Both the position numbers and the translations under genes were made by a program. 50,324 nt of DNA from assembly GCA_937896045.1 (NCBI GenBank), contig CALBKY010000031.1, forward strand, positions 1 through 50,324, written 5' to 3'. Positions 6,980 to 15,893 of this stretch are shown here, piece after piece; the first letter of the stretch is position 1; each line of letters opens with the position of its first letter. The notes under the pieces are model-generated. The model made no database searches and was not told where the DNA came from. It worked only from the letters and a program-made list of their open reading frames with translations. The DNA comes from an uncultured Bacteroidales bacterium. GTDB taxonomy: Bacteria > Bacteroidota > Bacteroidia > Bacteroidales > Paludibacteraceae.

Positions 6980-9709
6980 ATGAAGCAAACGCACATATAC
7001 ATACTGCTTTTTGCCGTTTTCATCGGGTTCTTATCCTCGTGTTCTACACAGAAGAATACGGGGGCGACTCGTGCTTATCACCAGATGAAAACGAAATACA
7101 ACATCTATTTCAACGGGCAAGTGGCGTTTGATGAGGGCGAAAAGGCTATCCGTGAGGCCAACGAAGACGACTATTCCACCATCCTGAACCTGTATCCGGT
7201 CTCCAATCACAAGGCGGCAGAGGCATCTGCCTCACAGATGGACAAGACCATAGAGAAATGCCGTAAGTGCATCAAGTTGCACAGTATCAAAGCACGTCCG
7301 AAGATTAACTACAAGAAGCAGAAAGACCCTAAGTACCAAGCATGGCTCAAACAAGAAGAGTTCAACAACCAAATGGGCAACGCATGGCTTATGCTTGGTA
7401 TGGCGGAGTTTCACAAAGGCGACTTCTTAGGCAGTATCAGTACTTTCAATTACATAGCCCGCCATTATGCTTACGACAAGGATATGGTAGCGCGTTGCCA
7501 ACTATGGGTAGCACGTGCGTATGGTGAGATGGGGTGGCTGTACGAAGCAGAGGACGCTCTCCGCAAGGTACAAGTGGACAACCTTGATAGAAAACACGCC
7601 TCATTATACTCTGCTGTCAGTGCCGATATACTGCTCAAGACCAAGCAGTACAACGAGGCTGTACCGTTCATCAAGATAGCACTGAAGGACGAAGACCGCA
7701 AAGGCAACCGTCCGCGCTTTATGTTTGTACTGGGACAGATATATCAGATGCAGGGCAACAGAACGGAAGCACGCGATGCGTATGCCAAAGTGCTGAAGAT
7801 GCAACCATCCAATGAGATGGACTTCAACGCCAGACTACGCCGTGCACAGTTGGAAGACAACCTGTCCACTGCCGTCAAAGACCTGACCAAGATGGCACGG
7901 CAGGACAAGAACAAGGACGAATTAGACCAGATATACGGGGCTATCGGTAATGTTTATCTTGCACGAAAAGACACTGCCCGTGCCTTGGAGAACTACGAAC
8001 TGGCTATAGAGAAGAGTACCCAAAACGGACTCAACAAGGCGGCTGTACTCATCACCGCGGGCGACATCTACTATACACAGCGGAACTACATCAAAGCAGG
8101 ACCGTGCTATAAGGAGGCTACACAAATCATATCCTCCGAGAATGAGCAGTACACACGCATTCAACGGCTCTCTGAGACCTTGGACGAACTGGTGGTTGAA
8201 TACAATACAGTGCTGTTGCAGGACTCGTTGCAGCGTCTCGCTATGCTCACACCGGAGGAGCAACGAGTAGTGGTGGACTCTATCATAGCCCGCCTTGTCC
8301 GTGCGGAAGAAGAGGAGAAAGCCCGTGCCGAACAGGCAGCACGCGATGCAGAGAACGATACAGGTCCGCGTAGTGTCAATACAACCAACATGCTTGGCAA
8401 CGCAGGTGCAGGCGCAGCAGCATGGTATTTCTATAACCCGCAACTCATACGCTCCGGCAAACAGGCTTTCCGCACCCAATGGGGCAACCGTACGCTTGAG
8501 GACAACTGGCGCAGGTTGAGCAAAGCATCCACCTCTTCCTTTATGGATACACCCCCTGAAGAAGACGAGGAACAGGCACTTTCTACCGATTCCATCGGTA
8601 CGGACAGCATTAAAAATACCGTACAGGTCGCTACCGAAACCGACAACCATAAGCCCGAATACTACCTGCAACAGATACCGAAGACCGATGAAGACTTCAG
8701 GCAATCGAACCTGCTTATTGCCAATGCACTGTACAATATGGTCTATATCTACCGTGACAAGGTAGGAGACCGCACTTTGAGTGATGAGACCTTCCGTGAG
8801 TTCTGCCGTCGCTTTCCTCGGGATGAACGCTTGTTGGACTTGTACTATATGCAGTACCTCACAGCCCTCAAAGAGCACCGAGATGCCGATGCAGAGCAAT
8901 ACAAACAGGATATTCTCACACTTTTCCCCGAATCCAACGAGGCTAAAATCGTTTCCCAACCCGATTATTTCGACCGTCTTCGTCACATGGCAATAGAACA
9001 GGACTCGCTCTATGAGGCTACCTACAAAGAGTACACGCAGAGCCATTTTGCTGCGGTGAAAGCAAACAAGGCTTATGCCGAGGAACATTACCCGCTCACT
9101 CCTCTTATGCCGAGGTTCCTGTTCCTGAATGCTATCGCAGTGGCAAAGACAGATGGTCAGGATGCTTTCATTGAGCAGTTGCGTGATATGGTCGTCCGTT
9201 ACCCTGAGAGTGAACTATCGGCTATGGCTAAGAATATGCTTGCCATGATGGGACAAGGTATGGAGAGCCAGACAACCGGCGATATGGCATCGCTGCAAGA
9301 CCGCAGGGCTACCGAGCAAACAGAGGAACAAGCGCAAGACACTGTGGTGCAGTTTGACGCAGACAGGGCGCAGCCTTCGCTGGTGCTGTTAGTAATGCCG
9401 CAGGACGAGAAACTATTGAACCAAATACTGTATGAGGTGGCATTATTCAACTTCTCGCAGTTTATGATTAAGGACTTCGATTTGAAAGCGGTGCCGACCT
9501 TTGCACCTGAGCAGAGTGCGCTGCAAATATCGGGCTTCGAGAGCATGGACGAGGCGGCGTGGTATGTCGATATGTTGCAGAAAAACGCCGATTTCATCGG
9601 TGTCTTCGGCGAAAAAGGCGTGCAGATATTGTGCATCACAGACACAAATCTCCAACTGCTGAATACGCACTTCACGGTGGAGGAATACCGTGCGTGGTTA
9701 AAAGAATAG
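6980..9709 (+). CDS. porW: TPR-repeat lipoprotein, probably the T9SS component PorW/SprE
   Basis: Lipobox LSSC. The N-terminal CSTQKNTGATRAYHQMKTKYNIYFNG resembles SprE/PorW N-termini as I remember them. There are multiple TPR-like helices over about 900 aa. The ATG directly abuts the tsaB stop (TAAATG). Confidence 0.5.
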   Translation: MKQTHIYILLFAVFIGFLSSCSTQKNTGATRAYHQMKTKYNIYFNGQVAFDEGEKAIREANEDDYSTILNLYPVSNHKAAEASASQMDKTIEKCRKCIKLHSIKARPKINYKKQKDPKYQAWLKQEEFNNQMGNAWLMLGMAEFHKGDFLGSISTFNYIARHYAYDKDMVARCQLWVARAYGEMGWLYEAEDALRKVQVDNLDRKHASLYSAVSADILLKTKQYNEAVPFIKIALKDEDRKGNRPRFMFVLGQIYQMQGNRTEARDAYAKVLKMQPSNEMDFNARLRRAQLEDNLSTAVKDLTKMARQDKNKDELDQIYGAIGNVYLARKDTARALENYELAIEKSTQNGLNKAAVLITAGDIYYTQRNYIKAGPCYKEATQIISSENEQYTRIQRLSETLDELVVEYNTVLLQDSLQRLAMLTPEEQRVVVDSIIARLVRAEEEEKARAEQAARDAENDTGPRSVNTTNMLGNAGAGAAAWYFYNPQLIRSGKQAFRTQWGNRTLEDNWRRLSKASTSSFMDTPPEEDEEQALSTDSIGTDSIKNTVQVATETDNHKPEYYLQQIPKTDEDFRQSNLLIANALYNMVYIYRDKVGDRTLSDETFREFCRRFPRDERLLDLYYMQYLTALKEHRDADAEQYKQDILTLFPESNEAKIVSQPDYFDRLRHMAIEQDSLYEATYKEYTQSHFAAVKANKAYAEEHYPLTPLMPRFLFLNAIAVAKTDGQDAFIEQLRDMVVRYPESELSAMAKNMLAMMGQGMESQTTGDMASLQDRRATEQTEEQAQDTVVQFDADRAQPSLVLLVMPQDEKLLNQILYEVALFNFSQFMIKDFDLKAVPTFAPEQSALQISGFESMDEAAWYVDMLQKNADFIGVFGEKGVQILCITDTNLQLLNTHFTVEEYRAWLKE

Positions 9710-9748
9710 AGATATATAACGTATTAAATCAGTTGCTTATGCAAACCG

Positions 9749-9766
9749 GTGCCGTAAAGGCGGCAC
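9749..9766 (+). terminator. Small hairpin after the TPR gene
   Basis: GTGCCG/CGGCAC with loop TAAAGG. There is no T-run. Confidence 0.35.
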
Positions 9767-9797
9767 AACAATAACATAATGGAGCATTAGCTATTTA

Positions 9798-9991
9798 TTT
9801 CGCACTCAAAGAAAAAAGCCTACGAAACTGTTTTTCTCTGAACAAAGAATAGCAAGCACTTAACGGGGAGTGTCGGACACTCCTGCAATCGTCTGTAAGT
9901 CACACTATTGTAGTGTGGACTTTCTTAGACGATTGGCAGGTTTCTTCGTAGGCTTCCTGTGAGTGCGAAAAGAAAGTTCACTTTTCTTTTT
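9798..9991 (+). ncRNA. Candidate structured RNA (~190 nt), class unknown
   Basis: Nested helices: 9798-9808/9960-9970 (11 bp), 9818-9826/9945-9953 (9 bp), hairpins 9867-9873/9877-9883 and 9890-9894/9927-9931 with inner 9899-9907/9911-9920. A terminal hairpin GAAAAG/CTTTTC (9967-9986) is followed by TTTTT. Confidence 0.35.
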
Positions 9992-10040
9992 ATCCCTATC
10001 TTGACGAGATTGATGGCTTTGCGATAAAAGTTGTCAGTCT

Positions 10041-11630
10041 ATGAAGTATCAGAAGGAAACGAGTTTTCTCGTAGTATGGGCGTTGCTTACTTGCTTGTTT
10101 TTCAGCCCTGTATGTGTGAAGTTTATCGTAGAGCGTTACGATGAGACATGGTTGAGCACGCTACGCGCGTTGCTGGTGTGCGGAGGATTGTCCGCGTGTA
10201 TCTTATTGGTCAAGAACAAGATAGCGGGAGTGGTGATTGCCTCCTTGTTTGCAGTCATGACATTGGCGGAGTTGGTGATGGTCAACACCTTCCATATCTT
10301 TATGGACATCGACCACTACCTTGCGTTAGTAACCACCACCGCCGAAGAGAGCCGTACGTTTGCCGGTAGCAATCTGCAGGCATTGTGGTACATAGTGCCT
10401 TTGGTGGTGCTGTCTGCGGGTGTGTGCGTCTGGTACGTGAAGATGCCCGCGGTACCGCGCGGATTTCGTTGGAAGACGTGCGGGGTTTGCCTGTTGGTGG
10501 CACTGGTGGGGGTGATGCCCGTGGAGAAGACGGCACAGATTGACAATTTCTATTCGTTCAAGGCGGAGGTGTTCAAGAACACCCTACACCGTCCGCCATT
10601 CAACATCCTGCATCTGACCAAGATAGCGGTGCGCAAGATTCATCGGATGAATCAGACCAACGACTTTGTTTTCCACTCTACCCGCACGCGGAACTTCGCG
10701 CAGAAAGAGACCTACGTGTTGGCAATCGGTGAGTCGGTGCGCTATGCAAACTGCTCATTGAATGGCATTTACCCGCGCGAGACTATGCCATTGGCAGGCA
10801 AACAGAAGAACCTTGTCTTCTTTCACAACTACTACACCGACGGTTGCACTACGTCCATCTCCGTGCCGATGATTGTGACGCGAGCCACTGCCGAGGAGAA
10901 TGATTTGAGTTACACGGAGAAGAGCATCGTGCAGGTGTTCAAAGAGAACGGGTTTACCACTGTGGTCATCAAACGGGGGCTGTTCAACCAGATTTCCAGC
11001 GCGTACCTCTACCAAGGCGTAGATTACACGGTGGACGTGAACTCGGACGCAGAAGTAATGAGCGCAATAGACTCAGTGTCAGCATTATATGACAAGACGT
11101 TTATCATGTTTCAGTTGCTGGGTTCACACTTCTACTACGGCAATTTCCCGAAAGAATTTGGCAAATGGCACCCGAACAACCAGTCGGACAAAGATGTGAA
11201 AAGCGACAGCCTGCTGATAAACTCGTACGACAACACCATTTTGTACACCGATTATCTGCTGAACAATCTGATGGACACCCTCAAAAACCGCGGTATGGCG
11301 GCTCTGTGGTATGTGTCTGACCACGGGCAGACCATCACCGCCACAACGGGGTGGCATGGGACGCTGTGCAGCAAAGATGAGTATCATGTGCCGCTATTCG
11401 TATGGTATTCAGACGAGTATGAGCAGGAAAACAAGGAAAAGACTGCGGCTTTGCGGCAGAATACGCGCGAACCGATGAACGCCGATTGTATATTCTACAC
11501 GCTATGCGGCATGGCAAATATCCAACTCCCGCCGCAGTACCAACACGAGGATTGGGACATCTCGTCAGCGGCTTTTGCACCTCACCCGCGCAAGGTGCTG
11601 ATAAACGGAGAGGCACGCGAGGTGGACTGA
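10041..11630 (+). CDS. Phosphoethanolamine transferase (EptA/sulfatase superfamily)
   Basis: Roughly five N-terminal transmembrane helices, then a sulfatase-type domain (LAIGESVR, YTDGCTTSISVPM, LLGSHFYY, YDNTILYTDY, VSDHGQ). Confidence 0.8.
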   Translation: MKYQKETSFLVVWALLTCLFFSPVCVKFIVERYDETWLSTLRALLVCGGLSACILLVKNKIAGVVIASLFAVMTLAELVMVNTFHIFMDIDHYLALVTTTAEESRTFAGSNLQALWYIVPLVVLSAGVCVWYVKMPAVPRGFRWKTCGVCLLVALVGVMPVEKTAQIDNFYSFKAEVFKNTLHRPPFNILHLTKIAVRKIHRMNQTNDFVFHSTRTRNFAQKETYVLAIGESVRYANCSLNGIYPRETMPLAGKQKNLVFFHNYYTDGCTTSISVPMIVTRATAEENDLSYTEKSIVQVFKENGFTTVVIKRGLFNQISSAYLYQGVDYTVDVNSDAEVMSAIDSVSALYDKTFIMFQLLGSHFYYGNFPKEFGKWHPNNQSDKDVKSDSLLINSYDNTILYTDYLLNNLMDTLKNRGMAALWYVSDHGQTITATTGWHGTLCSKDEYHVPLFVWYSDEYEQENKEKTAALRQNTREPMNADCIFYTLCGMANIQLPPQYQHEDWDISSAAFAPHPRKVLINGEAREVD

Positions 11631-11724
11631 GCGGCAAGGGGCAGTATTCCTATTTGATTTCCAATAACATACTTTAAGAAAAGCAGGTTTCGGCGTGCTG
11701 TATGCTCTCGACAAGAATACTTGA

Positions 11725-11790
11725 ATCACATACTAATCACATACTAATCACATACTAATGACATACTAAAAACATAGTATTAACATAGTT
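11725..11790 (-). repeat. 11-bp-period tandem array ATCACATACTA x3 plus three decaying units, the inverted copy of the 1783-1837 array
   Basis: The reverse complement of ATCACATACTA is TAGTATGTGAT, a rotation of GATTAGTATGT. Both copies end in GTGATTCA. Confidence 0.9.
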
Positions 11791-11935
11791 TTACTTCAAG
11801 GTTATCACGAGGCGATGTCAAGGTGATTGTGTGACTACTTCAATGTTGTCTTGAGGCTATTGTGAGAGGGGACAAGAAAAGAGACTGTCTAACAAGTAAA
11901 AAAGAATACAAATTCTTCAGAAAAAGACCGCTTTT

Positions 11936-11956
11936 GACGACGCGAGACGCGTCGTC
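11936..11956. repeat. REP-like GC hairpin, family B
   Basis: Perfect 9-bp stem GACGACGCG/CGCGTCGTC with loop AGA, preceded by CGCTTTTG. Confidence 0.7.
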
Positions 11957-11971
11957 CCCACACTACAGCAA

Positions 11972-12000
11972 GAGGCTGCCTACACTTGTTAGACAGCCTC
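11972..12000 (-). terminator. Hairpin terminator downstream of the alkaline phosphatase gene
   Basis: GAGGCTGCCTA/TAGACAGCCTC with one mismatch. Same GAGRCTGYCTAA family as the hairpins at 18086 and 50271. Confidence 0.55.
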
Positions 12001-12070
12001 AGAATGGGTAGGGGATATGATGGGTATTATAGAATGAACACTATTGTGTTAGTGTATGATTATCAGTGCA

Positions 12071-13462
12071 TTAGCGAGTGGCTTGGTAGATAAGGGGGGC
12101 TATCTCGGTGTTGTCGTGCCAGCCGGTGAACTGCTCGGCACCCACGCCAATAGCAAAGACGGGAACGGCTGCCGCCGTGTGGCTGTAACTCGTCCAACCC
12201 AACATGGCATTGCGGTTGAGAATCTCGTTGGCCTTATCACCGAGGGAGTTGATGTCCTTGTAGAGCGTCTTGACGGTAGAGCGGCTACGCATGATGTTCT
12301 TGTAAGCAGCACGCAGTTCGGCATCTTCCTCATCAGAGACAGGGACCTGCGTGTAGAGCCCAAGATTGTCGGAAAGGAAGGTGCGCACCTGTTCCCAACT
12401 GAGGTGTTTGCCGTATTGCTTCTGGAGTTCGGCAAGGCGGTCGGAGAGAACCCATTCGGAGCAACGCTGGTGCTGAAGTGCCTGCAGATTGAGGGTGTAG
12501 TGGCTGTTGCCGAGTGCCATGCCGCCCGTCTCGTGGTCGGCTGTGACGACGATGAGGGTCTCGTCGGGGTGCTGCTCGTAGAGGGCATAGGCGAGGTGGA
12601 GGGCTTCGTCCATGTCGATGGTCTCGCGGATGGCGGTTGCCCCGTCGCGTCCGTGGCAGGCGTAGTCAATCTTGCCGCCCTCAATCATCATGAAGAAGCG
12701 GTCGCGGTTGCCGAGTTGGTTGATGGCAGTCTCAACGATTTGGGTGAGGGTGAGGTCGCCGTCGGTACGGTCGATGGCATAGGGTATGGACTCGCCTCGG
12801 AGTGTGCGGTCGGCGGTGTACTCAGCGGGCACGAGAATCATCTTTTCGGCACCGCGGAGCCTCTTGGCATCGTTATAACCGCCTGCGATGGTGTAGCCGT
12901 TGGCTTCGCAGAGGTCGTAGAGGTTGGGAGCGGTGGAATCGTGCCTGTTAGTGGGTTTGTGGAAGCCCGAGCCGCCGAAGAAATCGAAGTCGGATGTTGC
13001 CAGTTGGGTGCCGATATTGTAGTAGTCATCGCGCTTGGCGGCATGTGCATAGTGTGGTGCAGGGGTGGCGTGGTCGATAGCCACAGAGGTCATGATGCCG
13101 ACAGCCCAGCCCTCACGCTTGAGACGCGTGGCGACACTTTCTACGGGTTCGCCGTCGGGTGTGACACCAATCATGCCGTTGTTGGTTTTCTTGCCGGTGG
13201 CAAGGCTTGTACCGGCGGCTGCGGAGTCGGTGATGCCGTTGGAAGCCGAGAACGTGGCGACTTGCCCGGAGTATGGGAATGTGGTCATTAACAATTGGTT
13301 ACGCCCGATAGTACCGCCCAGTTCGGCGAGGTACATCTCGGAAGCAAGGACTTGGTTGGGACCCATACCGTCGCCGATGAAGAAGAAGACATACTTGGCT
13401 TGTGCCAATGTGGAGATGGCGAAACACGTTGTGATGAAAAGCGATATGAAAAAACGTTTCAT
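12071..13462 (-). CDS. Alkaline phosphatase (PhoA family), secreted
   Basis: FFIGDGMG, TDSAAAGTSLATG, DHATPA and TADHETGG motifs. Signal peptide MKRFFISLFITTCFAISTLAQA. I chose the start at 13462, downstream of the -7 box. Confidence 0.9.
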   Translation of the reverse strand: MKRFFISLFITTCFAISTLAQAKYVFFFIGDGMGPNQVLASEMYLAELGGTIGRNQLLMTTFPYSGQVATFSASNGITDSAAAGTSLATGKKTNNGMIGVTPDGEPVESVATRLKREGWAVGIMTSVAIDHATPAPHYAHAAKRDDYYNIGTQLATSDFDFFGGSGFHKPTNRHDSTAPNLYDLCEANGYTIAGGYNDAKRLRGAEKMILVPAEYTADRTLRGESIPYAIDRTDGDLTLTQIVETAINQLGNRDRFFMMIEGGKIDYACHGRDGATAIRETIDMDEALHLAYALYEQHPDETLIVVTADHETGGMALGNSHYTLNLQALQHQRCSEWVLSDRLAELQKQYGKHLSWEQVRTFLSDNLGLYTQVPVSDEEDAELRAAYKNIMRSRSTVKTLYKDINSLGDKANEILNRNAMLGWTSYSHTAAAVPVFAIGVGAEQFTGWHDNTEIAPLIYQATR

Positions 13463-13503
13463 AGATATGTAATATGAAGTTGTTACAGGTTTGAAAAACA
13501 GCG

Positions 13504-13511
13504 CAAAGTTA
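13504..13511 (-). promoter_or_regulatory. -7 promoter box TAACTTTG for the alkaline phosphatase gene
   Basis: The reverse complement of CAAAGTTA. It lies about 41 nt upstream of the ATG at 13462. Confidence 0.5.
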
Positions 13512-13622
13512 CGGATTTTAATCGGACATTGCAAGGCGCAAGGTGCAAAATGTGTGATATGTGTATGAAACATGGATGTGCACGAAAAAGTGCGATTTTT
13601 TGGATGTATCGGAAAAATAGTG

Positions 13623-13630
13623 TAACTTTG
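13623..13630 (+). promoter_or_regulatory. -7 promoter box TAACTTTG for the AraC-family gene
   Basis: TAnnTTTG match 100 nt upstream of the ATG at 13731. Confidence 0.45.
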
Positions 13631-13730
13631 CGGGCAAAAGAGGTAGAAATTTTACGGACGTGCGTAACAATCGGACATTGTAAATATCTACATGATACGG
13701 CTGAAAAATAATGATTAAAGTAGCGGTAAG

Positions 13731-14573
13731 ATGCAGGAGAATGATATACCTTTGTTGGATTGCCCGGTAGATTATATATTGGGTGAGGCAAGCGGCAAAC
13801 TGCTGAATGAATACGGTCGGTTTCCGTGCAAGATAAAATGCGGGACATACGCGTTTATGGCGCAAGGTTGGGCGCGCGCGACCATCAACATCACGGAGTG
13901 TGAGTTCAAGAAAGATGATGTGGTGTATATCGAGCCCGGCAGTTTTCTGCTGATACACGAGTGCAGCGAGGACGCGAAGGCGTGCTATATCATATTCTCG
14001 TCGTCGTTTTTAGAGAAGAATATGTACGGCACCCGCCGTCCGTTCAGCCCCACGCACGGACATGCACCGATAATCCACCTGACCGAGGAACAGGCGGGGA
14101 TAGTGCGCAACTTCAGCGTGCTGATGGCAGATGCGCTAAACTGCACACCGCCCATGCTGACGGCAGAGAGAATGGTGGATATATACAACCTGATTCATCA
14201 CACCTATATTGATTATTTTCTAGCAGAGAATGGTGCTATAGGGCGTTCGCCGGACCGGAAGACGGAGATTTACCACGAGTACAGCGATATGGTGATGCGC
14301 CATTACCACGAGTGGCACCACGTGTCGGAGTATGCGGAGGCGATGCACCTGACCATGCCGCACCTGTGCGCAGTCATCAAGTCGGTGAGCAACCGTACGG
14401 CAGGCGACCTGATAATAGACACGATACTGACTGACGCGAAAGCCCAACTGAAGATTAGTACGCAGCCAATCAAGGAGATAGCCCTGAATTTAGGGTTCGA
14501 CAACGTGGGGCTGTTCAACCGGTTCTTCAAGGTGCATGCGGGTGTGACCCCAAAAGTGTACAGGCAGAGTTGA
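13731..14573 (+). CDS. AraC family transcriptional regulator (cupin-like N-terminus plus HTH)
   Basis: C-terminal AraC-type double HTH (YAEAMHLTMPHLCAVIKSVSNRTAGDLI..IKEIALNLGFDNVGLFNRFFK). Confidence 0.85.
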   Translation: MQENDIPLLDCPVDYILGEASGKLLNEYGRFPCKIKCGTYAFMAQGWARATINITECEFKKDDVVYIEPGSFLLIHECSEDAKACYIIFSSSFLEKNMYGTRRPFSPTHGHAPIIHLTEEQAGIVRNFSVLMADALNCTPPMLTAERMVDIYNLIHHTYIDYFLAENGAIGRSPDRKTEIYHEYSDMVMRHYHEWHHVSEYAEAMHLTMPHLCAVIKSVSNRTAGDLIIDTILTDAKAQLKISTQPIKEIALNLGFDNVGLFNRFFKVHAGVTPKVYRQS

Positions 14574-14582
14574 CAGCAAGTG

Positions 14583-15722
14583 CTAATCGGGCATTTGTCC
14601 GCCTTGCCTGGCAGTGGAGAAATCGGTGGGCGAGCAACCTGTGATGGCGGTGAAATTGCGCCAAGCACTGGTTCGCGAGCGATAGCCTGCGTCGTAGAAG
14701 AGGTTTTGCAGGTTTTGGCGCGGGTCTTGGCAGAGTTGCTGCTGAATATATGCCACGCGGCGACGGTTAATCATATCGGGGTAACTGTCGTAGCCTAAGT
14801 GCTTGATAGCCAACTGGCAATAGCGTCGATTGGTGCCGACAATACGTATCAAATCAGCCTGCGTCAGTTCGGGGTTCTGCCATACGTTGGGGTTTTGCAT
14901 GGCTTCTGTGATGCGGTTTGCCACCTCTTTGATGATTTCCGAGGTCTCTTCTTGCGGTTGATTTACTTCATCAACGATGGGGGCATCGGGTTCTATAACA
15001 GGTGGAGTATATGTGTTATTTACCTTATTATCGGGCACGCGCATGCGTATGGCAAGTTCGATGTATAGAATCAGCCCTGTAAGCACCATATACAGCACCA
15101 TGTGCGCAATCTGCACCCCATGAAGTCGTAATCCGCATCCGCAGAAAAAGGTGACGGTCATGCACAGCGTAATCAGCACAACCGCATGCAGCCAAGGCAA
15201 GGGGGCACTACTATTGCGCCAGTTGTGCTCCATCACCAGCAGCCATATTCCATACGGCACGTAGATGAACGTCAGCAATACGCGCAGCCACACATTAGGT
15301 TCGCCGATATAGTGCATGACCTCCTCCACGGTGTGCAGCGGGCGTATGGAGGATTGTGACCACCACACGATAAGGATGACGGTGGGTATCAGCCAAGGCA
15401 GAAGCATGATGATTGTCCGCTTGGTATTCAACCAATTGGGGCGAAGCATCTCTATAGGATACAAGAGCAGCAGGAAGAAGATGACGAACCCCGCTGAGAT
15501 AATCATAGGGTCCAACAACAAGGGGCCGTTGGTATAGTAGGGAGTGCACAGTTCGATGGCTAATGTGCTGACTGTGGCTACTGCCGATGTCAGAAAGGAT
15601 ATGGCGATAAAAAGGCGTGAGCGGTCGTTTTGTTGCCCATGTTTGGCGAACATAATACATGCCGCTGTGGTCTGCAGCAGTATGTGCAAGGCAAATAGTA
15701 TGAGAATTGCGCTTCCGTTCAT
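14583..15722 (-). CDS. Membrane-embedded AraC-type regulator (polytopic N-terminus plus C-terminal HTH)
   Basis: About 240 aa of hydrophobic helices, then [25 protein letters not shown]...[21 protein letters not shown] chose the start at MNGSAIL (15722), directly after the -7 box. Confidence 0.8.
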   Translation of the reverse strand: MNGSAILILFALHILLQTTAACIMFAKHGQQNDRSRLFIAISFLTSAVATVSTLAIELCTPYYTNGPLLLDPMIISAGFVIFFLLLLYPIEMLRPNWLNTKRTIIMLLPWLIPTVILIVWWSQSSIRPLHTVEEVMHYIGEPNVWLRVLLTFIYVPYGIWLLVMEHNWRNSSAPLPWLHAVVLITLCMTVTFFCGCGLRLHGVQIAHMVLYMVLTGLILYIELAIRMRVPDNKVNNTYTPPVIEPDAPIVDEVNQPQEETSEIIKEVANRITEAMQNPNVWQNPELTQADLIRIVGTNRRYCQLAIKHLGYDSYPDMINRRRVAYIQQQLCQDPRQNLQNLFYDAGYRSRTSAWRNFTAITGCSPTDFSTARQGGQMPD

Positions 15723-15730
15723 TGGTGGTG

Positions 15731-15738
15731 CAAAAGTA
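15731..15738 (-). promoter_or_regulatory. -7 promoter box TACTTTTG for the membrane AraC gene
   Basis: The reverse complement of CAAAAGTA, 8 nt upstream of the ATG. This implies a near-leaderless mRNA. Confidence 0.45.
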
Positions 15739-15893
15739 CAATTTCTGTTTGAAATGTGCAAATATCGCGGGTGAACATTCCGCCTTTTGCTGTTTCTGCC
15801 ATTTTGTCAGCCGACACATCTTTGGCACGACCTTTGTTAATACCACTATAGACCGCGCAAGCGGAACAAACAACGAAAGGAGATTTAATTAAC

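Noticed and set aside
7922-9088. 388-aa minus-strand ORF inside the TPR lipoprotein gene
   Set aside because: It is antisense to a gene with a lipobox and TPR repeats, and its translation has no motifs or start context. It is a shadow ORF.
9798-9991. Structured region considered as tRNA, tmRNA, RNase P RNA or SRP RNA
   Set aside because: I saw no cloverleaf or T-loop GTTCGAATC-type motif, no tmRNA tag ORF or acceptor ends, it is too short for RNase P, and it lacks the conserved SRP domain IV motif.
12056-13291. 411-aa ORF on the plus strand opposite the alkaline phosphatase gene
   Set aside because: Its translation is low-complexity G/V/A-rich with no motifs, and it lies entirely antisense to a gene with unmistakable PhoA motifs. 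This is a typical shadow ORF of a codon-biased gene.
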